From Methanocella sp. (GTDB taxonomy: Archaea; Thermoproteota; Bathyarchaeia; Bathyarchaeales; Bathycorpusculaceae): 13,878 nucleotides of DNA. Made by a program: the position numbers and the translations under genes. Below are positions 1 through 7,233 of the stretch, piece after piece (within the stretch, counting starts at the first letter, position 1; every line of letters starts with the position of its first letter). Below the pieces are notes generated by a model that saw only the letters and a list, made by a program, of their open reading frames with translations, made no database searches and was not told the DNA's origin. The DNA lies in contig JBLNCY010000049.1 in assembly GCA_050261115.1 (NCBI GenBank), forward strand, positions 1 through 13,878. Direction: 5' to 3'.

Positions 1-95
1 ATTCTTCCTGGGATGTTTACTTCTGCTAGTTCACGGGATAGGCTGGTAAGGCTTAAATCGCCTTTAATCTCTATTTGTGCTTGGACTGATACCAT
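1..95 (-). CDS. N-terminus of a putative transposase (partial; 3' end outside window)
   Basis: ATG at 95 gives MVSVQAQIEIKGDLSLTSLSRELAEVNIPGR..., open to the edge. It resembles from memory the N-termini of archaeal ISH6-type transposases. Only 31 codons are visible. Confidence 0.45.
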   Translation of the reverse strand, partial: MVSVQAQIEIKGDLSLTSLSRELAEVNIPGR

Positions 96-182
96 GGGTT
101 CACTCTTCTGTTTCCTTGGCGGGTTACATAGGAGTGGACCAATCGGTCCAATTAAAATTCTAGCCGATTAGCAGACGGCACC
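1..182 (-). mobile_element. Probable terminal part of an insertion sequence (ISH6-like DDE family), running off the window edge
   Basis: On the minus strand the viral ORF reads ...KFKIL and then switches at 182 to GGTGCCGTCTGCTAATCGGCTAG. A 5'-GGT end is what I recall for ISH6-family ISs. A new ORF starts 87 nt inside (ATG at 95). The second end is not in the window, so neither TIR nor TSD can be confirmed. Confidence 0.55.
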
Positions 183-358
183 AAAATCTTGAACTTTTGC
201 GTTTCATCAATGCCCAAGCCGAAGGCTTCAGCTACGACAAGGCTTCTAGGTGTTGGCTTAGTGTGGGTTTCATAGCTGATGTTAAACGTAAACTTACCTT
301 CCGTCCGGTCGTAGATACGACGGAATTGCCTTATGCGAAAGTCTCTTTGTCTTCTCAT
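152..358 (-). pseudogene. Truncated 5' fragment of a viral gene, probably an ABC-type ATPase (often GNAT-fused) of archaeal tailed viruses, interrupted at about 182
   Basis: ATG at 358 with an AGGTGA RBS overlapping the terminase stop, so it is coupled to the late operon. The sequence FNISYET..TPRSLVVAEAFGLGID..QKFKIL resembles the leader that, from memory, precedes the Walker A in such ATPases. The P-loop is absent and the last residues (VPSANRLEF) come from the putative IS. Confidence 0.55.
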
Positions 359-365
359 TCCTTAG

Positions 366-2843
366 TCACCTTGGAATAACCGCTAGGAAAGGTTCTGGTT
401 CCATCTGCACGGTAGCAAACATCGCTAGCGCAATACTCCAAAAGACATCATCGTGAGTGCCATTGGGGTGTGAGTAGCCTATAGCGCCATCCTTGCGCAG
501 TTCATAGCGTTCAACGTTTAGTTCGCTACAAATATCCCCCCGATATGGTCGCTCCCAGTTGAGCAGTGGATAGTAGAACTGCTTGTTCATCATGCGCTGC
601 TTTAGCAGGCTGGCCATCTCGCTTTTACGGGGCACGCTAAAGTTCACGCCTTCAGCGTTCTCTATGCCAGCGTTCTCCATGTCAGCTATGATGCTTGGGC
701 CTTCCCTTGTGAAGTCAACCCTGATTTTTTGGAATCCGCCCCAACGGTCCTGCAGCGCCTTAAGATAACCGAGAACATGAGCGTAGAGTGTGGGCTGCTG
801 GAAAATCTTCAAATGCCTAAGAAACAGCTTGTCATTTAGGCGCTCAACGACTGAAAGCACACAATAGTCTCTGGTTTGTGCCAGGTCAAGTCCAACAAAG
901 AATTCTCCCTCACAGCTCGCATTAGGATTAAACTCTTCGAGGTCTTCACCGCAATTCTTCTCCGTGCCCACACAGGCAACAATAAGACTTTGAGCTAGCC
1001 AAACATCTTCGTCTTCAGCCCATTCAGCCTCCATTTCCCGCCGCCAACGTGCAGGATCATCCCCGAACTGCCGCTTTATCTTCTCAATAATTGCGGGCTT
1101 TAGTGGACCGTCAGGTTCGAGTGCCTGCTGCCAACTGATGTGCGTTCTGCCAAAGTCGCTGTAGTCTTTGTGGTTGCACATCTTCCAAAACAGGCTATCG
1201 GTACTCCATGGCGTAGATGTGGCGATTAGTCTGCCGTTGGTTGTGCCTAAAGTGAACAAGATAGCATCATAGAGGTCTTCATCGTTAGCGGTGAAGTTGC
1301 ATTCTTCCCACCAGATAACATGGAAAGCTGGACCACGAATCGTATCAGGATTATTCGGGAAAGCCTCAATCACGCTACCATTGGGCAAGCTGACTCTGGT
1401 TTTTTGAATTCCCCGCTCGCAGCCAAGGTATTTACGGGCAAAGCCGCCGATGCGCCTAACGTTGAGTTTGGTTTGACGCCAGCTTGGACCAACAATAGCA
1501 ATGTAGCTGTTAGGATGCTCGATAGCGTACTTGAGGACTAAGCCAGAAACGATAAAGCTCTTGCCCGTTTGCCTAACTGGGATGAACGTGTAGAAGGCCA
1601 AGTAGTCGTTTAGGTAGTAGCCCGCTTCAATCATCACCTGTTCAGCTTTAAGGGAAGAAATAACGGCTAGCAAATCCAAAGGTTCACCATAAGCCACTGT
1701 TGCGGCGGCTTCTCGAACAGGATACAGCGTCACCGTTTCGCCTTTGCTTTTTAGAATCTTGGTGAACTGGGTTACTGGCTCCTCGTAGTGTAGGAAAAGT
1801 TCGGCTAGCCAGCAAACCGTGACTATGGCCTGCTTATTCTCAACAAAACTGTAGCCTGTGTGTTTGGCGCCCCAATACATGAACTCCTCTGCATGTTTGC
1901 CGATGACTTCTACGCTTAGCCTAAGGCTTGGCTTGTCGTGGTTGCTACGGATTTTCCAAAGAATCCCGCTTGTGACGGCGTCATAGTAGTCACAGGCTGA
2001 AAAGCGGCTAACGACGTCTATGTAGCCAGCCCAACATACTGCAGGGTCATAGGCGGGATATTTTGCGCTTGCCCTAATGTTGTTTAAGGTGTTGTAGACT
2101 TTTTGGCAGCTAACGCTCCAGCCCTCAACCGCATACAATCCTAGCAGGGCGTAGGCAAATGGGTCGTCGTAGACCTCGTTTTCGGTTAAGCCGACTCTGT
2201 GCCATTTGCCATCTGCAGGGTCATAGTTTAGCCAAAGGTTCTCAAAGCCAGTTCTAAGAAAGCCTATTGCCTTGCTTATGATGCTGTTGTAGATTGCAAA
2301 GTTTAGGCTGTCGTGTTTCTCAGATAGTAGCTTTAAACCGATTAAGCCATAGAGACATTCAACGTCCAGTTGCAGAAGCCAAGCGTCCCCAATCGTCACT
2401 GCCCTTGTGAAGCCGCCGTAGGCCTGCTGGTCCTGCATGGTTTTAAGGAAAGTTCCGCCTGCTATCTTTGCTGCGTCCAAATAGCTTGAATTGCTGGTAA
2501 GTTCATAGGCGCTCAGAAGTGAGGGTATGGCTCTGCAGGCGTCTACACTATAATAGTAGGTGCTTTCTTCTGCGCTTTTGAAGCCGCCATAAGCCTTCTT
2601 TGCTGGGTCGGTGCATTGTTGTGTTAGAACCCAATCGGCTAAACTCACGGTTTTGGCGTAGATTTCGGCTTTTCTGTCCTTAAATTGTGGGGCAGAGTAG
2701 GCTTCACAGAGAAAGTCAATAGCAAAGCTAGCCGCTAAAACGCCTCTGCCATACGCTGGGTCTGGTGTGCTCGGTGGAATAACATAAACATAAGGCGCAT
2801 AGTCCATGACGAATTGGTAATAGGATTCAGGAACGGTTCCCAT
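366..2843 (-). CDS. terL: Fusion protein: alpha/alpha-toroid domain (aa 1-~353), truncated head-closure-like domain (aa ~354-424), terminase large subunit ATPase and nuclease (aa ~424-825)
   Basis: GGAGG RBS before ATG 2843. The C-terminal half has Walker A RQTGKS (R424), Walker B-like VIWWEE (1302-1319), coupling motif ATSTP, and RNase H-fold acidic motifs FVGLDLA, RVDFT and HDDVFWSIALA. The N-terminal half is helical and aromatic-rich, with two QW/prenyltransferase-like repeats (DWVLTQQ...YGGF, TFLKTMQ...YGGF) and AYELTSNSSYLDAA, typical of (alpha/alpha)6 barrels. Confidence 0.85.
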   Translation of the reverse strand: MGTVPESYYQFVMDYAPYVYVIPPSTPDPAYGRGVLAASFAIDFLCEAYSAPQFKDRKAEIYAKTVSLADWVLTQQCTDPAKKAYGGFKSAEESTYYYSVDACRAIPSLLSAYELTSNSSYLDAAKIAGGTFLKTMQDQQAYGGFTRAVTIGDAWLLQLDVECLYGLIGLKLLSEKHDSLNFAIYNSIISKAIGFLRTGFENLWLNYDPADGKWHRVGLTENEVYDDPFAYALLGLYAVEGWSVSCQKVYNTLNNIRASAKYPAYDPAVCWAGYIDVVSRFSACDYYDAVTSGILWKIRSNHDKPSLRLSVEVIGKHAEEFMYWGAKHTGYSFVENKQAIVTVCWLAELFLHYEEPVTQFTKILKSKGETVTLYPVREAAATVAYGEPLDLLAVISSLKAEQVMIEAGYYLNDYLAFYTFIPVRQTGKSFIVSGLVLKYAIEHPNSYIAIVGPSWRQTKLNVRRIGGFARKYLGCERGIQKTRVSLPNGSVIEAFPNNPDTIRGPAFHVIWWEECNFTANDEDLYDAILFTLGTTNGRLIATSTPWSTDSLFWKMCNHKDYSDFGRTHISWQQALEPDGPLKPAIIEKIKRQFGDDPARWRREMEAEWAEDEDVWLAQSLIVACVGTEKNCGEDLEEFNPNASCEGEFFVGLDLAQTRDYCVLSVVERLNDKLFLRHLKIFQQPTLYAHVLGYLKALQDRWGGFQKIRVDFTREGPSIIADMENAGIENAEGVNFSVPRKSEMASLLKQRMMNKQFYYPLLNWERPYRGDICSELNVERYELRKDGAIGYSHPNGTHDDVFWSIALAMFATVQMEPEPFLAVIPR

Positions 2844-2845
2844 GG

Positions 2846-3196
2846 CTAGACGCCTCCCACATATGGCTCTTTGAGGCTGGCAAGAATCCGCTCAAATTCC
2901 GTCTGCAAAACCGTCAAGCTGGGCAAAGCTGATGTTGAACTACTAAGGTCTCCGACACTAAAGTTCAAGCCAACTGCTGAGCCACCCGTCAAATAGCAGA
3001 CCGCATAAATTGCTGCCAAAAGTGTGATGGCTTCTTTTTGGGCGTCGGTGCAGTTTTGGTAGTCGATATCAGCGGAGAGTTCAAGCTCTAAAGCGACCTG
3101 TGCACGCTTAATCATCTTTAGAACCTTAGCGTCAGAAATATCCGAATCGCTAATGTTTAGGGTATCTCTGACGTCTTCCATTGATACGCTACCCAT
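2846..3196 (-). CDS. Putative head-tail adaptor/connector (HK97 gp6/SPP1 gp15-like)
   Basis: 116 aa. Opens with the pattern SMEDVRDTLNI...D..V..MIKRA, followed by helices and a short beta-hairpin (NFSVGDLS). Located after the portal gene. Confidence 0.65.
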   Translation of the reverse strand: MGSVSMEDVRDTLNISDSDISDAKVLKMIKRAQVALELELSADIDYQNCTDAQKEAITLLAAIYAVCYLTGGSAVGLNFSVGDLSSSTSALPSLTVLQTEFERILASLKEPYVGGV

Positions 3197-3399
3197 CTTC
3201 TATGCAGCTCCTGTGCTTCTTGGGGCTTGCCGCCCATCAGTTCTTTGATGCCTGCAATGATTCCGCCCACCATTGAACTGCCAAGAATGCCTAGCTCGAC
3301 GTTTCCAACTGGAAAGCCAAGCCCCATCCAAGTAGCCAATGGCGGCAGAACGAAAGCGGCAAACATCAAAAGCGCCTGCTGCTTGTCTGACAACTTCAT
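3157..3399 (-). CDS. Small two-TM membrane protein, holin-like
   Basis: GGAGG RBS and ATGA overlap with the portal stop. Two hydrophobic segments (ALLMFAAFVLPPLATWMGLGF, LGILGSSMVGGIIAGI) and a charged tail. The holin function is inferred only. Confidence 0.6.
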   Translation of the reverse strand: MKLSDKQQALLMFAAFVLPPLATWMGLGFPVGNVELGILGSSMVGGIIAGIKELMGGKPQEAQELHRRWVAYQWKTSEIP

Positions 3400-4646
3400 T
3401 CTTGTTTTACCTCCTTACCTTGAACACCAGCCTGCTCTGGTGTATTTTCGGGTTTGGCATCCCACAGTTCCCAGCCAAACTTGACTGCGTTCTTTCGGAA
3501 CTCTTCAGCCCTAACCAGCCCAAGCTCAGCGGCTTTGATGAGGTCGGCGGGCACTAACTCTGGTGTTTCAGGACTGCCAAAATTGAGCCTAACCTTCGCC
3601 TTAGCAGCGTCTAAACCCGCCTGTGTCACCTTGACTGCAAAGATTTCTTTCTCCACTTGACGCTTGATGTACCGCTGGACGGGTTTTATGAGCATGTCTT
3701 GCAAATCCAGTGCTGCCCTTGCCGATGCTTCGGTGAAGCCTGGAGTGCTAAACAACCGTGGCAGAGGCGTCTCGCATCCAAGATAAAATTGGTTGACCAT
3801 GTGGTCGATGTAGTACTCAAAACGTGCTCTTGGGTCGATAGAAACTGGATAGACGCCTACATTTTTAGCACCACTAAAAAGCCACTGCCCCTCTTCTGGG
3901 CGGTTCTTAATCGCAGACTCATACTTTTTGATAGTGTCCTCTTTTTGGCCTTCAAGCTGAACAACGACGTCGGGTCCAGCGTACTTTTTGAAGATGTTTG
4001 GCAGAATCTTTTCTATTTTAGCCTTCATCCAAGCATAGGATGGGCGCTTATCTGTGTCAATTGTCAACGTATGCAAAAGAACCTGCAGCAAACCGACGCC
4101 GAACCCAGATGGGACATCACCGTTTAGGCGCCAGTGAATGACGGCTTCGGGCTTTAACTCGTTTCCAGCATTGCCCGCATAGCTGCCCCTAAGCTGGTAA
4201 CCTGTAACCTTGTAGGGTATTTTCAAGTCAGGAATAGAACTCAAGCCTATCCGTTGAACCGAATCAATCGGCATACGCAACATGTCGGCTAGCCGTTCCG
4301 GGGTGAGTTTGAGCCAGAAATCGTTACCGCAAGCAATCAGAGGCTTAGCCATATCGTTTAGAAGCCCATCAAGATTGACGTCTTCACAGAACCTATCTAC
4401 AGCCGCTTTAGCTTCTGAGGCTTTATCATATTTCTCGTCAACTGTGGTGTAGAAGCCCATGCCAACCGTGGAAGCTGCCAATAGGTCTACGCTGCTTTTG
4501 CAGGTTGGGTCTCGGTCGTAAAGTTTTATGACATCGGCTAGTGGGATGCATGAGGTGTCAAAGAACACCCTATCCTTTGGGGAAGCCACGCCCGAAGCAG
4601 GCGCATAAGATAGCACTTCACGGATTTTCTTTAAGACGAAACTCAT
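3396..4646 (-). CDS. Portal protein
   Basis: 416 aa from ATG 4646 (GAGGT RBS); the ORF-track TTG at 4682 is probably too far upstream. Portal-like motifs include LYDRDPTCKSSVD, LIACGNDFW, LKPEAVIHWRLN...FGVGLL, LGCETP, and ASA..A...QDMLIKPVQRYIKRQVEKEIF. Confidence 0.85.
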   Translation of the reverse strand: MSFVLKKIREVLSYAPASGVASPKDRVFFDTSCIPLADVIKLYDRDPTCKSSVDLLAASTVGMGFYTTVDEKYDKASEAKAAVDRFCEDVNLDGLLNDMAKPLIACGNDFWLKLTPERLADMLRMPIDSVQRIGLSSIPDLKIPYKVTGYQLRGSYAGNAGNELKPEAVIHWRLNGDVPSGFGVGLLQVLLHTLTIDTDKRPSYAWMKAKIEKILPNIFKKYAGPDVVVQLEGQKEDTIKKYESAIKNRPEEGQWLFSGAKNVGVYPVSIDPRARFEYYIDHMVNQFYLGCETPLPRLFSTPGFTEASARAALDLQDMLIKPVQRYIKRQVEKEIFAVKVTQAGLDAAKAKVRLNFGSPETPELVPADLIKAAELGLVRAEEFRKNAVKFGWELWDAKPENTPEQAGVQGKEVKQE

Positions 4647-4680
4647 TGCGGGTTTAACCTCAAACGATTTTTTGGTTCCC

Positions 4681-4697
4681 AAAAAATGGGGAGAAAG
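4681..4697 (-). terminator. Putative oligo-T terminator/attenuator after the major capsid gene
   Basis: Minus strand CTTTCTCCCCATTTTTT, 20-35 nt past the MCP stop. Confidence 0.4.
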
Positions 4698-4716
4698 ATT
4701 GTTGGTTTAGAGCAGC

Positions 4717-5670
4717 CTAAGTCATGGTCTGCTTAACGTTGGTCATTTTGGCAATAGCTTTAGAGCGGAGGATGCCAGCGCCAAACCTTGTGGTTCCACG
4801 GACACCGTACTTGCCGTTTTTAACGTCTTCCCAGTCTTCCACAGTAACGTCTCGACGTAGAAGCATAACAGAAGCCACTCGTGTGTCAATGGCATACATC
4901 GTTCCGTTAGGTACCAGAGTGCTTGACTGCACCGTCATACCAAGCACACTACCGATAGTGCCCTGTTCAATGTCAGTCTCACTACTTGGCAGGTACACCG
5001 ATTTCACGAACTTGTCATCGTTAAGCAGTTGATGTAGTTGCATTTCGTTGACAGCAAGAATATTGGGACGCCAGTTTTCTCTGCGGACAGCTTCATGCAA
5101 GCTCAGAAGTGAAGCCCAGCTAGCCACAGCACCACCGCCAGCCAGTTCTGCGCCAGTTGCCAAGTCGCCTGCTTGAACTGCAGCATACAATGCGATGATA
5201 ACTTCCGTTTCCCTTTGTCCCAGCGCTCTACCTACATTGTCGACTGCTTTGTTCATTACATTCCATGTGGCGTCTTCGAGGTATTCACGGGTCCACTCAT
5301 CAGCGGATTCTGCCAGTTGATTGGTATAGATATCAACTGTGGAGGCTTTCTTTGCGCTCAGTCTTGTGATGGCGCCTTCTGCATAGCGGTAGCCAACCGC
5401 GCCTGCGTCGAGCGGGAAACGCTCCATCGCCTCAGAAGTTGGCATAACGGTGATAATATTTCTGCCAATCAGCTCAGGCCATGCATCGTCAACCATGGTG
5501 TCATGCATTCTGCCAAGAGCGCCCGCCATATCACTAAAGAAGCCCTCTTTGACTCCTGTCTGTGCATAGCGTTTTAGGAAAGGGTGCTCGGTTTTCTGCT
5601 TGAGTTTCTCGTAGAGTTCATGCTGGTCATTGGGCTTAGCCATCAGTGCTTCGAAAAGTCGCGGTTTCAA
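4717..5670 (-). CDS. Major capsid protein, HK97 fold
   Basis: About 317 aa (TTG 5670 after GGAGAAGTGA; alternative GTG 5679). E-loop YAEGA, spine helix NVMNKAVDNVGRALGQRETEVII, A-domain RPNILAVNEMQLHQLL, IGSVLGMTVQSSTLVPNGT, and terminal RFGAGILRSKAI. Confidence 0.9.
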   Translation of the reverse strand: MKPRLFEALMAKPNDQHELYEKLKQKTEHPFLKRYAQTGVKEGFFSDMAGALGRMHDTMVDDAWPELIGRNIITVMPTSEAMERFPLDAGAVGYRYAEGAITRLSAKKASTVDIYTNQLAESADEWTREYLEDATWNVMNKAVDNVGRALGQRETEVIIALYAAVQAGDLATGAELAGGGAVASWASLLSLHEAVRRENWRPNILAVNEMQLHQLLNDDKFVKSVYLPSSETDIEQGTIGSVLGMTVQSSTLVPNGTMYAIDTRVASVMLLRRDVTVEDWEDVKNGKYGVRGTTRFGAGILRSKAIAKMTNVKQTMT

Positions 5671-5675
5671 AGTTA

Positions 5676-6104
5676 TCACTTCTCCACTTCGATAAAGATC
5701 AGGTCGTTGTCTGCGGTTGCAGATTGGAGAGCGGTTCCGAGTTTGCGGTTGTAGTATACGGTGTAGGTTGCTGCTCCGCTTTCATCGACGGGTTGGTCTA
5801 CTAGCTGCGTTACCTTGTTACCGCCTGCACTACATACGCCATAACCTCGGGTTATGGGGCCATTAGCTGTGACTTTGACTCTGCCCTTTTTGAGCACAGA
5901 ACACATATCGCCAATTGCCACTGTTTTTGTTGCTACACCGATGGCCATGTCTCCGCCTGGGCTAGGCGAGACCTTGTCATCAGAGCTCAGGTAGACGGGT
6001 GAGCCTTTGGTGATTGCGGCTTCAGCTTCAAAGGATTCTATGATAGCGTCGGCGTCGTCGGTTTCTCCTATAGCCATCCAGCTTTTGCCAGTTTTATCAG
6101 CCAT
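5676..6104 (-). CDS. Capsid cement/decoration protein (DUF2190-like beta-rich)
   Basis: FEAEAAITKGSPVYL...AIGVA...G..V....GRVKVTANGPITRG..V...LGTALQSATADNDLIFI pattern, immediately upstream of the MCP. Confidence 0.75.
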   Translation of the reverse strand: MADKTGKSWMAIGETDDADAIIESFEAEAAITKGSPVYLSSDDKVSPSPGGDMAIGVATKTVAIGDMCSVLKKGRVKVTANGPITRGYGVCSAGGNKVTQLVDQPVDESGAATYTVYYNRKLGTALQSATADNDLIFIEVEK

Positions 6105-6185
6105 AAAGTGTCAAATCAGTTTTTGTTGAATTTCCCAAAGTTCGTCCTTTGGTACTCTTCCTCATAGAAATGAGCATAAACACAG

Positions 6186-6914
6186 CTAGCTGCCTCCAGC
6201 TTTCTGCTCTAGCCGTTGGACTACTCTTCGTACTTCTTGGCACATTCTTTGCGGTCCAAGGCTCCAGCTTCTCTGAACCATATTTGAAGGCAAAACTGAT
6301 TCGATAAGTTTGGCAGCTTCGGAGACCGCTATCATTTTTGGCGGACTCTTTAGCAAGCCGCCACCCGGGACTTGTTTGCGTAGGTCCTCGATGGTTTTTT
6401 CTGCCTCAGTCAGTTTGTCCTCTGTTTGAGTTAACTTTTCCATAACTTGCACGTTAGTCTCGGGAATACCCGGCACCGCCACAAGACTTAACTCGGCATT
6501 ATGCAAGCCATGGGGAACCTTGCCATCCACAAGATCAACCGCTTCATAGTCGGCTCCTACGCTGACGTGCTGGATTAAGCCATTGCGGATTTTTTCAGCG
6601 GTTGGCTCATCGTAGATTTCTGCTTCATACCAAAGGTTGTGTCCATCCCAATCGGACTTTGTAACCTTGCCAATGGCGTTAGGAACAGCAACATGCTCGA
6701 TATAGACTGGCGCATTAGTCAGCTTGCTTGTGAAGGCTTGCAATTCTTCAGAAGTGTAGATGTTGTGGTTTCGGCTCATGCCACTGCACATAGCTACCCC
6801 CCGAATACACAAGGGCTTACCAGACAAAGCCTCAAGAAGAGTAAAAGGCAAGAGGGAAGCTACATGTTCCCTAACACGCTTACAATCCTTACAGCCAACG
6901 CCATCCTGAGACAT
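6186..6914 (-). CDS. Prohead maturation protease (HK97/assemblin-type) with C-terminal coiled-coil scaffold-like segment
   Basis: IRGVAM..G.SRN..IY, PVYIEH (catalytic His), IGKV, LWYEAEI, HVSVG (catalytic Ser), AELSLVAVPG, then the heptad-like LTQTEDKLTEAEKTIEDLRKQ. Confidence 0.85.
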   Translation of the reverse strand: MSQDGVGCKDCKRVREHVASLLPFTLLEALSGKPLCIRGVAMCSGMSRNHNIYTSEELQAFTSKLTNAPVYIEHVAVPNAIGKVTKSDWDGHNLWYEAEIYDEPTAEKIRNGLIQHVSVGADYEAVDLVDGKVPHGLHNAELSLVAVPGIPETNVQVMEKLTQTEDKLTEAEKTIEDLRKQVPGGGLLKSPPKMIAVSEAAKLIESVLPSNMVQRSWSLGPQRMCQEVRRVVQRLEQKAGGS

Positions 6915-7060
6915 AGCTAAATCGCAAAAACAAGCCGCAACAACAGATTAATGGCTTGAGAGCCTAAACACGATAATATCGCAAAAATGACAACAGAACA
7001 AAGGCTAAAGCAATGAAGCAGCTGGGGCTCGGGAACGAATTTTTCGTTTGGTTTATGCTA
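6915..7060 (-). promoter_or_regulatory. Likely control region of the late (capsid) operon
   Basis: Non-coding region upstream of the protease. Contains the palindrome AACGAA-TTT-TTCGTT (7034-7048) and a duplicated bipartite motif: ATCGCAAAAA (6921-6930, 6978-6987) and ACAACAGA (6940-6947, 6990-6997). Confidence 0.4.
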
Positions 7061-7178
7061 GTCGTCAGCAACAAATGATAGGTTTATGTAAAAAAATCAT
7101 AAATGGAGTATAGGACAACCAATTTTCTATCTGGAAAATTGCTTTTGTCGAACGCTGTAAGTTATCCCCCGAAATATT

Positions 7179-7194
7179 GAAAAATAATATAAAG
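7179..7194 (+). promoter_or_regulatory. Putative archaeal BRE/TATA promoter for the cargo operon
   Basis: GAAAAATAATATAAAG about 40 nt upstream of ATG 7234, with an RBS-like GAGGGAG just before the start. Confidence 0.4.
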
Positions 7195-7233
7195 CAACAT
7201 TGTCCTAAAGTTGGTAACGAGGGAGCATTGAAA

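Noticed and set aside
366-2843. Intein or programmed frameshift explaining the long terminase ORF
   Set aside because: No intein C-terminal His-Asn/Cys-Ser-Thr junction or LAGLIDADG motifs. The extra sequence is N-terminal rather than inserted, and the frame is continuous.
197-5577. Plus-strand ORFs 197-379, 583-768, 1320-1541, 3227-3484, 3339-3557, 3454-3660, 3657-4127, 4724-5032 and 5173-5577
   Set aside because: Antisense shadows of well-supported minus-strand viral genes, with no motifs.
4717-5679. Encapsulin nanocompartment interpretation of the HK97-fold protein
   Set aside because: Adjacent portal, prohead protease, adaptor and terminase genes indicate a viral capsid.
6915-7233. Mini-CRISPR array or ncRNA in the intergenic region
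   Set aside because: The repeats are only 8-10 bp, in two copies with unequal spacing. No repeat-spacer periodicity or convincing long fold.
7177-7233. TTG start at 7177 for the large cargo gene
   Set aside because: It overlaps the TATA-like element. ATG 7234 has an RBS-like sequence and gives a proper signal peptide.
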